This document shows, piece after piece, positions 50,497 to 59,511 of a stretch of DNA of 64,000 nt. This DNA is from an uncultured Chloroflexia bacterium (GTDB taxonomy: Bacteria > Chloroflexota > Limnocylindria > Limnocylindrales > CSP1-4), in assembly GCA_963707215.1 (NCBI GenBank), contig CAVPPB010000001.1, positions 800,001 to 864,000 on the forward strand, written 5' to 3'. Position numbers and translations under genes: made by a program. The first letter of the stretch is position 1; every line of letters begins with the position of its first letter. Below the pieces are notes generated by a model, which was not told the origin of the DNA, ran no database searches, and saw only the letters and a program-made list of their open reading frames with translations.

Positions 50497-51341
50497 CAGC
50501 CGATGACCTCGCGGCGCAGGATCCGCAGACCGCCGACGGTCGCCAGGATCGTCATGACGATGAGCAGGAAGCCCAGGGCGGCGCCGAACGGCCAGTCACG
50601 GGCCTGCAGGAAGAGCGTCTGGACCACCTTGGCGATCGTCGTGGTCTGGGCACCGCCCAGCAGGTCGGGCGTCACGAAATCGCCCATGGCCGGGATGAAC
50701 GTCAGCAGGGCCGCCGCGATGACCCCGGGCATGGTCAGCGGCAGGGTCACGTGCAGGAAGGCCGCCCGGCCGCTCGCGTAGAGGTCCCGGGCGGCCTGGG
50801 CCAGGGCCGGGTCCAGGCGATCGATCGAGACGTACAGGGGCAGGATGGCGAACGGCAGGAAGCCGTAGGTCATCCCCATGATCACCGCCAGGTCCGTGTT
50901 CAGGAGCTGGACGGGCTCGGTGAAGCCGATGGCCCCGAGGATGCCGTTCACCACGCCGTTGTCACGGAGCAGGATCATCCAGGCGTAGGTCCGGATCACC
51001 CAGCTGGTCCAGAACGGCAGCATCACCAGGACCAGCAGCAGGGCCTTGCGGCGACCGCCGTAGCGGCTGATCCAGTAGGCGACCGGATAGGCGATGGCGA
51101 TCGAGAAGACGGTCGTCGCCACCGCGTACTTGAACGAGTTGGCGACCGTCGGCAGGAAGCCGGGCTCCAGGGCCCGGACGTAGTTGTGGAAGCCGAGGGG
51201 CGAGAAGAGGACCCCGCCGTACTGGTCGCGGGTGCCCAGGCTGACGACGAAGATGATCGCCAGGGGCACGGCGAAGAAGATCAGCAGCCAGCCGAGCCCG
51301 GGGACGAGCAGGATCGCCTCCCGGGCTCGCTCGCGCTTCAT
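50496..51341 (-). CDS. potB: Polyamine-type ABC permease
   Basis: LPFWTS..IRTYAW, LPF.ILPLY, AARDL, FIPAMGDF.TPDLLGG, RDWPFGAA. Confidence 0.9.
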   Translation of the reverse strand: MKRERAREAILLVPGLGWLLIFFAVPLAIIFVVSLGTRDQYGGVLFSPLGFHNYVRALEPGFLPTVANSFKYAVATTVFSIAIAYPVAYWISRYGGRRKALLLVLVMLPFWTSWVIRTYAWMILLRDNGVVNGILGAIGFTEPVQLLNTDLAVIMGMTYGFLPFAILPLYVSIDRLDPALAQAARDLYASGRAAFLHVTLPLTMPGVIAAALLTFIPAMGDFVTPDLLGGAQTTTIAKVVQTLFLQARDWPFGAALGFLLIVMTILATVGGLRILRREVIG

Positions 51342-51371
51342 CGCGATCGCCGCGCGCTCTTGGCCCCTCGC

Positions 51372-52583
51372 TCAGGCGCCGGCGCGAAGCTTCGTGTAGC
51401 GCTCGCTGTACTTCACCTCGTCCTCGCCGAGGTCGAGGATCTCCTGGAGCTTCTCGACGGCCGACTGGTCGGGGTTCACCGTCGGATCCTCGAGGATGGC
51501 CGGGTCGATGAACTCCTTGGCGGCCTCGTTCGGCCCCATGTAGCCGATGTAGTTCGTGTTCGCCGCGGCCACCTCGGCGTCGAGCATGTAGTTGATGAAC
51601 AGGTTGGCTGCGATGGGGTGCTGCGCGTTGGCCAGCAGGACCATGGTGTCCGAGCCGCGGACGCCACCCTCCTCGGGGATGTAGTAGACGACGGTGTCGC
51701 GCTCGACCTGGACCTGGTAGACGTCGGCGCCCCAGGCGTGCATCACCCAGACGTCGCCGGTCGAGAGCACCCCGATGTCGTCCGTGGTGTAGGTCCGCAG
51801 CAGCGGCTTCTGCTCCTCGAGCAGCGCGAGGGCCTCGTCGAGCTCGCCATCGTCGGTGGTGTTGATGTCGTAGCCGAGGCGGATGAGCGCCGCCGCGAAG
51901 ACCTCGCGGACGTCGTCCAGCATCGCCATCTTGCCGGCCCAGCGCTCGTCCCAGAGGGCCGCCCAGGAGGTCAGCTCCTCGTCGATCTGGGCCGTGTCGT
52001 AGGCGACCCCGGTGGTCCACCACATGTAGGGCATGGAGTGCTCGTTGCCCGGGTCGTAGCCCGGATCCGCCCACTCGGCGCCCAGGTTGACGGCGTTCGG
52101 GATGAGGCTCAGGTCGAGCGGCTGGATCAGGCCCTGCTCGAGGAAGCCCTTGATGTAGGTCGAGGTCGGGAAGGTCACGTCGTAGCCGCTGTTGCCGCTG
52201 CTGATCTTGGCGGTCATCGTCTCGGCGCTGTCGAAGAAGTCGTAGGTGACCTTGACGCCGTACTCGTCCTCGAACCCGGCGATCGTCTCCTCACCGATGT
52301 AGTCGGCCCAGTTGTAGACGAACAGCTCGGCCTCGGGCTCCGGCGCGGAGCTCGGCGCGGTCGAGGCGCCCGCGCTGGGAGCGGCCTGGCTGGGCTCCGG
52401 CGTCGCGCCCGACGAGCAGGCGGCGAGGGCCGGGCCGATGGCGACCGTGGCCCCGGCGGCCGCCATGCCGCGGAGCACCGTCCGTCGGCTCATCCGGCGG
52501 GGCCCCGGCAGCAGCAGTCGTCGCTCCGGGACGATCAGCTGGCGCTGCCCGTCCGGGTCCTGGCTCGTCCTGCGGGTGGTCAT
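51372..52583 (-). CDS. potD: Polyamine-type ABC substrate-binding lipoprotein (Tat-like signal)
   Basis: SRRTVL..LAAC, YNWADYI, FDS.E, YD...PT.Y, PYMWWTTG, AWGAD, IPEEG. Confidence 0.88.
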   Translation of the reverse strand: MTTRRTSQDPDGQRQLIVPERRLLLPGPRRMSRRTVLRGMAAAGATVAIGPALAACSSGATPEPSQAAPSAGASTAPSSAPEPEAELFVYNWADYIGEETIAGFEDEYGVKVTYDFFDSAETMTAKISSGNSGYDVTFPTSTYIKGFLEQGLIQPLDLSLIPNAVNLGAEWADPGYDPGNEHSMPYMWWTTGVAYDTAQIDEELTSWAALWDERWAGKMAMLDDVREVFAAALIRLGYDINTTDDGELDEALALLEEQKPLLRTYTTDDIGVLSTGDVWVMHAWGADVYQVQVERDTVVYYIPEEGGVRGSDTMVLLANAQHPIAANLFINYMLDAEVAAANTNYIGYMGPNEAAKEFIDPAILEDPTVNPDQSAVEKLQEILDLGEDEVKYSERYTKLRAGA

Positions 52584-53758
52584 GGTCCTGCCTCCTCCCG
52601 GCCCCGCGACCGCGCCAGGACGAGCGCGTTCGCCGGGCTCCAGCCGATCCGGACCCGATCGCCGGCCGACCATCGCGGCGCCGATCGGGGGACGACCACG
52701 CTGAGTGCGAGGCCGCCCTCGGTCCGGATCTGGTGACTCACCGACGTCCCGAGGTACGCCGATTGCCCGATACGACCGAGCAGCGCTGGAGCGCCTGTCG
52801 CTCCCTCGCTCCCGGTCCCGTCATCGCCATCGAGCTCGACGGCCTCCGGCCGGATCGAGACATCGACGGCATCGCCGACCCGGACGCCGGTCGAGGCGGC
52901 CAGGCAGCGCTCGCCGCTCGACAGCCGGACGAGGACCGTCTCGCCGTCGACCGCTTCGACCGCTCCTTCGAGCAGGTTCGTCGTGCCGATGAAGTCGGCG
53001 ACGAACCGGGTGGCGGGCCGGTCGTAGAGCTCCTCCGGCGCGCCGAGCTGCTCGACCCGACCGCGGTCCATGACGGCGATCCGGTCGGACAGCGCGAGGG
53101 CCTCCTCCTGGTCATGGGTCACGTAGATGAACGTGATCCCGACCTCGAGCTGGACCCGCTTGAGCTCGACCTGGAGCTGGCGACGCAGCTTGAGGTCGAG
53201 CGCCCCGAGGGGCTCGTCGAGGAGCAGGACGGTCGGCTCGTTGACCAGCGCTCGCGCAAGGGCGACCCGCTGCTGCTGGCCGCCGGAGAGCTGATCGGGG
53301 CGCCGCTTGTCGAAACCGGGCAACCGGACGAGTTCGAGTGCCCGGCCCACCCGTCGCTTCACCTCCGGGTCGGGGACGCTCCGCCGGCGTAGCCCGAACG
53401 CCACGTTGTCGAAGACGCAGAGGTGGGGGAAGAGGGCGTAATTCTGGAAGACCATGTTGACCGGGCGGCGCTCCGGCGGCTCGGTCGTGATATCCGAGCC
53501 CCGCAGCTCGATCCTGCCGCCCGTCGGCAGCTCGAACCCGCCGATCATCCGGAGGGTCGTCGTCTTGCCGCAGCCCGAGGGACCCAGGAGCGAGAAGAAC
53601 TCGCCGGACCCGATCTCGAGCGAGATCCCGTCCACCGCGATGACGTCACCGAACCGCTTCGTCAGCTCGACGAGGCGGACCTCCGATCCGGGCGGATCGC
53701 TGGCCGGGGTGAGGGCTCCCGCCTCGACCCCTGGGACGCCGGGTGCCGCGGACGACAT
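52580..53758 (-). CDS. potA: Polyamine-type ABC ATPase
   Basis: GPSGCGKTT, FQNYALFPH, LSGGQQQR, DEPLGALD, TOBE domain. Confidence 0.93.
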   Translation of the reverse strand: MSSAAPGVPGVEAGALTPASDPPGSEVRLVELTKRFGDVIAVDGISLEIGSGEFFSLLGPSGCGKTTTLRMIGGFELPTGGRIELRGSDITTEPPERRPVNMVFQNYALFPHLCVFDNVAFGLRRRSVPDPEVKRRVGRALELVRLPGFDKRRPDQLSGGQQQRVALARALVNEPTVLLLDEPLGALDLKLRRQLQVELKRVQLEVGITFIYVTHDQEEALALSDRIAVMDRGRVEQLGAPEELYDRPATRFVADFIGTTNLLEGAVEAVDGETVLVRLSSGERCLAASTGVRVGDAVDVSIRPEAVELDGDDGTGSEGATGAPALLGRIGQSAYLGTSVSHQIRTEGGLALSVVVPRSAPRWSAGDRVRIGWSPANALVLARSRGREEAGP

Positions 53759-53977
53759 CGCCACCACGCATCCTCGTCTCGGCCGCGGGATGCGGGGGCA
53801 CCCCACACGCGTCGCTGACTCTATCGACGCCCCATCCTCCGGGAGTCACCTGTCCCATGCTCCGGGCAGGCTGGCGCTCGTCGCATCACGGTCCACGGGC
53901 ACACCGACCGGCGCAAGAGCCGCTCGGACGGGGCCGGATGGCCCATCTTGCGGCGCCCGCCGAGGATCGCTGATCGG

Positions 53978-54817
53978 TCAGATCGGGCGCGGCGCGTTCC
54001 AGGGGATCCGGCCCACGACTGGATCCGCGAGCGCCGGCGGCTGCTGCCGGACCGGCACCGGCTGGATGGACACGAACCGGCCGTCCCAGGCCATCGGCAG
54101 CGGGTCGTACCTCCATGGCGTGAAGAAGCGCCGGAGCTGGTCGAGCGTCAGCTGCGTGTTCGGCCGCATGTCGTAGCCGTTGCGGCTCTGGAGGCCCCAG
54201 AGCGGCCCGACGACCCGGACGCTGGTCACCGTGAAGTCATCCGTCGTCGCCGGGTCGGCGGTGGCCGAGAACCCGGTCAGGATCCAGGCGTGGCCGCCGT
54301 CCGCCACGGTCAGGCCGACCGGGAGCCCGGTGCGCCGGATCCGCTCGACCGCAAGGCGGATCGCCCCGTCGAACGTCGCGCTGACCGTGAGCCGGTAGCG
54401 CTCGTCGACGAAGCGGCGGAGCCCGGCCTCCCAGCCCTGGGGATCCACCCCGGCCGAGACCGGCAGGTCGTACCGGTTGCGGCCGCGCATCCACTCGAAG
54501 TAGCGGGCCTGGCCGGCTCGTCCATGGTCGACCTCGTCGTGGACGATGTTGCGGATGATCTGGACGTCGGCGGCGGTGCACCAGAGCCAGGTCTGCTGGG
54601 TGCTGAAGACGCCGTCACGGTAGAGGTCGACCGAGCCGGTCCAGGCCGATGGCCCGGCGGCGAGCGCCACCCGCGGAGCGACGGCGGGGGCCGCTCCGAT
54701 GACGAGCAGCACTGCCACGAGGAGCGCGGCCAGGTGCCGGGGCCCTGACCGCGGGCCGCCGGCTCGGACCACCGACAGGCGTCGAGCCCCGAACGTCGTC
54801 GCCGGCTGGGTCCTCAT
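53978..54817 (-). CDS. Secreted protein with papain/C39-like Cys-His motifs
   Basis: Signal peptide, Q..W.WC.AA, GHAWIL.GF. Confidence 0.7.
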   Translation of the reverse strand: MRTQPATTFGARRLSVVRAGGPRSGPRHLAALLVAVLLVIGAAPAVAPRVALAAGPSAWTGSVDLYRDGVFSTQQTWLWCTAADVQIIRNIVHDEVDHGRAGQARYFEWMRGRNRYDLPVSAGVDPQGWEAGLRRFVDERYRLTVSATFDGAIRLAVERIRRTGLPVGLTVADGGHAWILTGFSATADPATTDDFTVTSVRVVGPLWGLQSRNGYDMRPNTQLTLDQLRRFFTPWRYDPLPMAWDGRFVSIQPVPVRQQPPALADPVVGRIPWNAPRPI

Positions 54818-54833
54818 CGCCGATCCTCGGTGC

Positions 54834-55548
54834 TCAGGTCCGGTGGAGCGGGATCCGGGCCCCGGTCACCGTGCCAGCCGCCGGCGAGCAGAGGTAGAGG
54901 ACGGCTGCGGCGATCTCGTCGGGGGTCGTCCAGCCCGCGGTCCTGGCGCTGGGCTCGCGATCGCGGACCCCGTCGGCGTCGATCGCCCGGACCCGCAGGA
55001 CGTTGACCGTCACGCCGGTCGCAGCCGTCTCCCTGGCCAGGGCTGCCGATCATCGCTTCCTCAGCCGCCTTCCCGACGGTGTACGCGGCCGTTCGGGCCG
55101 GTGTCTCCGTTACGACCGGCGATGAGACCGCCACGATCCGGCCGAACCCGGCCTCGACCATCACCGGGACAACGGTCCGGGCCACGTTGACGGTCGTCCA
55201 GAGGTGCTGGTCGAGCATCGACCGGAACGCGTCGTCGGGGGTCTCGCTGGCCGGGACCCCGCCCGTCCAGCCCCCGACGAGGTGGGCCAGCACGTCGATC
55301 CGGCCGAACCGCTCCAGTACGGCGCCGACCGCATCACGCGCCTGGGCCGCGTCTCGAAGGTCCGCCCCGACCGCCAGCCAGCCGTCGCGATCCAGACCGA
55401 GCTCGTGGGCCACCGCCTCGACCCGCTCCAGCGTCGAGCCGATGAGCGCGACCCTTGCTCCCGCAGCGGCCAGGGCGGCGACGACCGCTCGCCCGGCAGG
55501 CCCGGCGGCGCCGGTCACCAGCGCCACCCGCTCGGAGAGATCGACCAT
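54834..55548 (-). CDS. SDR oxidoreductase (frameshift near 55048)
   Basis: ALVTGAAG..G, YTVGKAA catalytic motif, and C-terminal YLCS....VTGARIP in a shifted frame. Confidence 0.85.
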
Positions 55549-55633
55549 GGGTCCGCTATCGAGGCCGGCGTTCACTGGGCACCTCCTGCCTGCATCCCCC
55601 CCAGTATCCGCCGGAGGCCCACAGCCGTCACCG

Positions 55634-56059
55634 TCAGCCGCGGGTCGGGATCCGGTACAGGAAGACGAGCAGGATCGCGGCCGTCGCGGCTAGTCCCAAC
55701 CGCAGCACGAGCTGGTCCACGAGGACGATGGACACCCCGAAGGTCAGGGCGACGAGGACGAGCGCCCGGCCCTTGACGCCTGGCGGCAGCGACCGCGAGC
55801 GACGCCACTCGGCGATGATGGGGCCGAGCGCCGGCTGCCCCAGGAGCCATCCGTACAGGCGGGTCGAGGCGCGGGCATAGCAGGCCGCGGCCAGCAGCAG
55901 GAACGGGGTCGTCGGCAGGATCGGCAGCACGACCCCGGCGAGACCGAACCCGAGGGCGACCGTGCCGACGACCGCGCAGACCGCCCGGACCGGCAGCGAC
56001 GCGGCCGGGGGATGGGCCAGCTCGGGCGGTACTTCCTCGGGCTCCGGGGATCCCGTCAT
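55634..56059 (-). CDS. ybaN: YbaN/DUF454 family membrane protein
   Basis: G.VLPILPTTPFLLLAA.C..R.S.RL..WL. Confidence 0.9.
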   Translation of the reverse strand: MTGSPEPEEVPPELAHPPAASLPVRAVCAVVGTVALGFGLAGVVLPILPTTPFLLLAAACYARASTRLYGWLLGQPALGPIIAEWRRSRSLPPGVKGRALVLVALTFGVSIVLVDQLVLRLGLAATAAILLVFLYRIPTRG

Positions 56060-56271
56060 GGACGTAGGATGCCCGCCCCGGGTCAGCTCGCGCCACCCGA
56101 GCCCGCCGCACGAGCCCGGATGCGTCCGCATCGCCCGTATCTACCCTCTCTGTATCCATCGGCACCTTCGCACCGGCGCCTCAGCGGTCGAACCTCTACG
56201 AACCCGATGCGTGTTCGACCGAGCCGGCGGGCGGCCGATCGGGCGGAGCTACGGTGGACGGAGAAGGATCG

Positions 56272-56733
56272 ATGGCGACCATCCCCGCGACCGACCAGGG
56301 CGGCGGCGTCCCCCGCCGACGGTTCCTGCGCTTCCTGCTCGGCTTCTCCGTGGTCTCGACCCTGGCCATGATCGCGGCCCCGGTCGTGGGCTTCCTCCTG
56401 CCCCCCAAGACCACCGGCGGTGGGGGCGGCGGCAAGATCCTGGTCGGGACGATCGCCGACATCCCGCTGGGCCAGGGCAAGGTCGTGCCCGTGGGCAGCA
56501 GCCCCGCGATCATCATCAACACGGACCAGGGGGTGAAGGGCTTCTCGGCCATCTGCACCCACCTGGGCTGCATCGTCGCCTGGGACCAGGGCGCCGCCAA
56601 CATCGTCTGCCCCTGCCATGACGGCCGCTTCAACGCCACGTCGGGGGCCGTCGTCTCGGGTCCTCCGCCGTCCGGCCTGCCCCCGGTCGAGGTGTCGGTC
56701 GAGGGCGAAGAGATCTACGTCGTGAGCGCTTGA
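56272..56733 (+). CDS. Rieske [2Fe-2S] subunit of a Rieske/cytochrome b complex
   Basis: RRRFL Tat/TM, CTHLGC, CPCHDGRF, GPPP. Confidence 0.93.
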   Translation: MATIPATDQGGGVPRRRFLRFLLGFSVVSTLAMIAAPVVGFLLPPKTTGGGGGGKILVGTIADIPLGQGKVVPVGSSPAIIINTDQGVKGFSAICTHLGCIVAWDQGAANIVCPCHDGRFNATSGAVVSGPPPSGLPPVEVSVEGEEIYVVSA

Positions 56734-57827
56734 CGATGGCCGTCGACAGCCCGCCCGTCACGACCGGCAAGCCGACCACCGCGGGGCGCGTCGACGCGTG
56801 GCTCGAGGAGCGCCTGCGCTGGCATCAGCTCATGGACGTCCTCCTCCACGTCCGGGTCCCGCTGCAGGCCAAGACCTTCTTCTTCGGCGGGATCACGCTC
56901 TTCCTGTTCGGCGTGCAGGTGGCGACCGGGACCCTGCTGGCGCTCTACTACAAGCCCACCCCGGAGGCGGCCTACGACAGCGTCGTCTTCATCACCAGTG
57001 ACGTGGACTTCGGCTGGCTCATCCGCAGCGTCCACCACTGGGCCGCCAACCTGATGATCCTGTTCCTGGTCCTCCACATGATCAGGATCTTCTTCCAGGC
57101 CGCCTACAAGTACCCGCGCGAGCTGACCTGGCTCGTCGGCATGGGTCTGCTGGCCGTGACCATGGGCTTCGGCTTCACCGGCTATCTGCTGCCGTGGGAC
57201 CAGCGGGCCTACTGGGCGACGGTCGTCGGCACCGAGATCGCCGGAGGCATCCCGTTCATGGGTGACTTCCTGCTGGAGCTCCTCCGTGGCGGCGCCGACG
57301 TCTCCGAGGCGACCCTCAGCCGGTTCTTCGGCATCCACGTCCTGGTCCTGCCGCTGATGCTGGGAGCGATCGTCGCCATCCACCTGGTCTTCGTCCACCA
57401 GCAGGGCCTGGCCAACCCCAAGGAAGCCGATCCGCGGCCACCGGCCGTGCCGACCGGCCCGACCAAGCCCTTCTTCCCTCACTACATCCTCGAGGAGGTC
57501 ATCGCCTGGCTGTTCCTCCTGGCGATCCTCGTCGTGATGGCCTCGATCTGGCCGGCCGGCCTGGAGGAGGAGGCGAACCCCCTGGTGACCCCCGAGCACA
57601 CCAAGCCGGAGTGGTACTTCCTGGGGGTCTACGAGCTCCTCAAGCACATCCCCTGGAAGGTCGTCGGGATCCTCACTCCCATCGTCTTCCTTGCGATCAT
57701 CGGGCTGCTGCCCTTCCTCGACCGGAACCCGGCCGTCCAGGCCCGCAAGCGACCGGTCGCCATCGCCCTCGGGATCGTCACGATCGCCGTCCTCATCGGC
57801 CTGACGATCTGGGGCTACCTGAGCTGA
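56730..57827 (+). CDS. Cytochrome b (fused b6 and subunit IV type)
   Basis: GWLIRS.HHW, HM.R, FTGYLLPWDQ, RFFGIH...H, PEWYF. Confidence 0.95.
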   Translation: MTMAVDSPPVTTGKPTTAGRVDAWLEERLRWHQLMDVLLHVRVPLQAKTFFFGGITLFLFGVQVATGTLLALYYKPTPEAAYDSVVFITSDVDFGWLIRSVHHWAANLMILFLVLHMIRIFFQAAYKYPRELTWLVGMGLLAVTMGFGFTGYLLPWDQRAYWATVVGTEIAGGIPFMGDFLLELLRGGADVSEATLSRFFGIHVLVLPLMLGAIVAIHLVFVHQQGLANPKEADPRPPAVPTGPTKPFFPHYILEEVIAWLFLLAILVVMASIWPAGLEEEANPLVTPEHTKPEWYFLGVYELLKHIPWKVVGILTPIVFLAIIGLLPFLDRNPAVQARKRPVAIALGIVTIAVLIGLTIWGYLS

Positions 57828-57840
57828 GGTCCTGAAGACG

Positions 57841-59313
57841 ATGCGGATCGGGTCGGACACGCAGCGCCGCCTCCGCCATCTCCGCCTGGCCGTTCCCGCC
57901 GGCCCGATCATCCTGCTCGTCCTCGTCCTGGGCGGCGGTCCGGCGGCGGCCCAGGATCCGGAGCCCACGCCGACCCTCATCCCGGGCCCGCCGGCACCGA
58001 CGCCGATCGCCCACCCGGGTGACTCCGGCGATGACCAGTGCTACGCCTGCCACGTGGAGCTCGACGACCGGCAGCAGGCGATCTCCGAGGCGTGGGAGGC
58101 GAGCATCCACGGCGCCGGCGGCATCGGCTGTGCCGACTGCCACGGCGGCGATCCGAGGTCGGACAAGATCACCGTTGCCATGTCCGAGGAGGCCGGCTTC
58201 ATCGGCATCCCGTCACGCGACGTGACGGTGGGGGTCTGCGGCAGCTGCCACAGCGACCCGGAGCGGATGGGCCAGTACGGCCTCCCCACGGACCAGTACT
58301 CGAAGTACTGGACCAGCGTCCACGGCCAGCGCCTCCTCGAGGCGGACGACACCCGGGTCGCCATCTGCATCGACTGCCACGGGTCCCACGCGGTCAAGAA
58401 GGCTTCCGACCCGACGGCCGACGTCTACCCGCTCAACGTCCCCCAGATGTGCTCGCGGTGCCACTCGGATCCGTCGCTCATGGAGCCGTACGGCATCCCG
58501 ACGGACCAGTACGACGTCTACGAGCAGAGCATCCACGGCCAGGCGCTCATCGGGAACCAGGACGTCCGGGCGCCCTCGTGCACGTCGTGCCATGGCTCGC
58601 ACTCCGCCCAGCCGCCGCGCAGCTCCGAGGTCGTCGACGTCTGCGGGAAGTGCCACACCGCGACCCAGGACCTCTACCTCGAGAGCCGGCATGCCGAGCT
58701 GGAGACGGTCGCGCCCAAGTGCTGGACCTGCCACGGGACGCACGACGTGGCCAAGTCGAGCGAGGCGCTATTCCTCCACCCCGCGGGCGAGATGCCCGAC
58801 TACGACTGCACGACCTGCCACGAGCCACCCGACATGACCCTGAAGCTGAGCATCGAGCAGTTCGCGAACGAGGCCGATCGCCGCTGCGACACCTGCCACC
58901 ACCCCGAATCGGTGATCTACCCGCAGGTCGTCGCCATCCATGACGCCCTGGGCGGCGCCAGCGGAGCCCAGGCCTCGGCCGAGGAGAAGATCGCCAAGGC
59001 CCGCGGCCTGGGCATGCTCGTCGGCGACGCCGAGGTGACCCTCACCGAGGCGAAGACCGCCTATATCCAGGGCCAGGCCGCGGTCCACACGACCAAGCTG
59101 ACGACCGTCACCGCCCACACCGACGAGGCGGTCGCCAAGGCGGCCCGGGCCGAGGAGCTGGCCCAGGCGAAGCTCGACGAGAGCGACTTCCGCCGGCTGG
59201 CGATGATCGTCGTCATCGCCCTCATCCTGGTCAACGTCGTCATCCTCTACGTCGTCCTGCGCCGGATCGAGCACAGCCCGAACGAGGGCCCACCGCCCGA
59301 GCCGTCGCCATAG
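57841..59313 (+). CDS. Decahaem c-type cytochrome with signal peptide, helical C-terminal region and TM anchor
   Basis: Ten CxxCH motifs (CYACH, CADCH, CGSCH, CIDCH, CSRCH, CTSCH, CGKCH, CWTCH, CTTCH, CDTCH). Confidence 0.93.
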   Translation: MRIGSDTQRRLRHLRLAVPAGPIILLVLVLGGGPAAAQDPEPTPTLIPGPPAPTPIAHPGDSGDDQCYACHVELDDRQQAISEAWEASIHGAGGIGCADCHGGDPRSDKITVAMSEEAGFIGIPSRDVTVGVCGSCHSDPERMGQYGLPTDQYSKYWTSVHGQRLLEADDTRVAICIDCHGSHAVKKASDPTADVYPLNVPQMCSRCHSDPSLMEPYGIPTDQYDVYEQSIHGQALIGNQDVRAPSCTSCHGSHSAQPPRSSEVVDVCGKCHTATQDLYLESRHAELETVAPKCWTCHGTHDVAKSSEALFLHPAGEMPDYDCTTCHEPPDMTLKLSIEQFANEADRRCDTCHHPESVIYPQVVAIHDALGGASGAQASAEEKIAKARGLGMLVGDAEVTLTEAKTAYIQGQAAVHTTKLTTVTAHTDEAVAKAARAEELAQAKLDESDFRRLAMIVVIALILVNVVILYVVLRRIEHSPNEGPPPEPSP

Positions 59314-59511
59314 GCCCGGGGTCGGCCGCGGAGCGACCCTCGGGTCGCCACCGGGTCGGCCGGTCCGGACCGCAACGCAGGCGTCCCCGAAGGCGAGCGA
59401 CGGTCCCGTCGCGGACCGGCGGATCGGCCTGTGCGTCGGGGCCGCACGGTCCCGCGGGGGGCGGGCCGGACGGCACTGTCCGACATATTCGCGGATACGC
59501 ATGGTCGGGGC

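Noticed and set aside
53760-53975. Cobalamin or other riboswitch upstream of the pot-mttB operon
   Set aside because: No B12-box or other riboswitch consensus was recognisable by eye. An Infernal/Rfam scan would be needed to exclude it fully.
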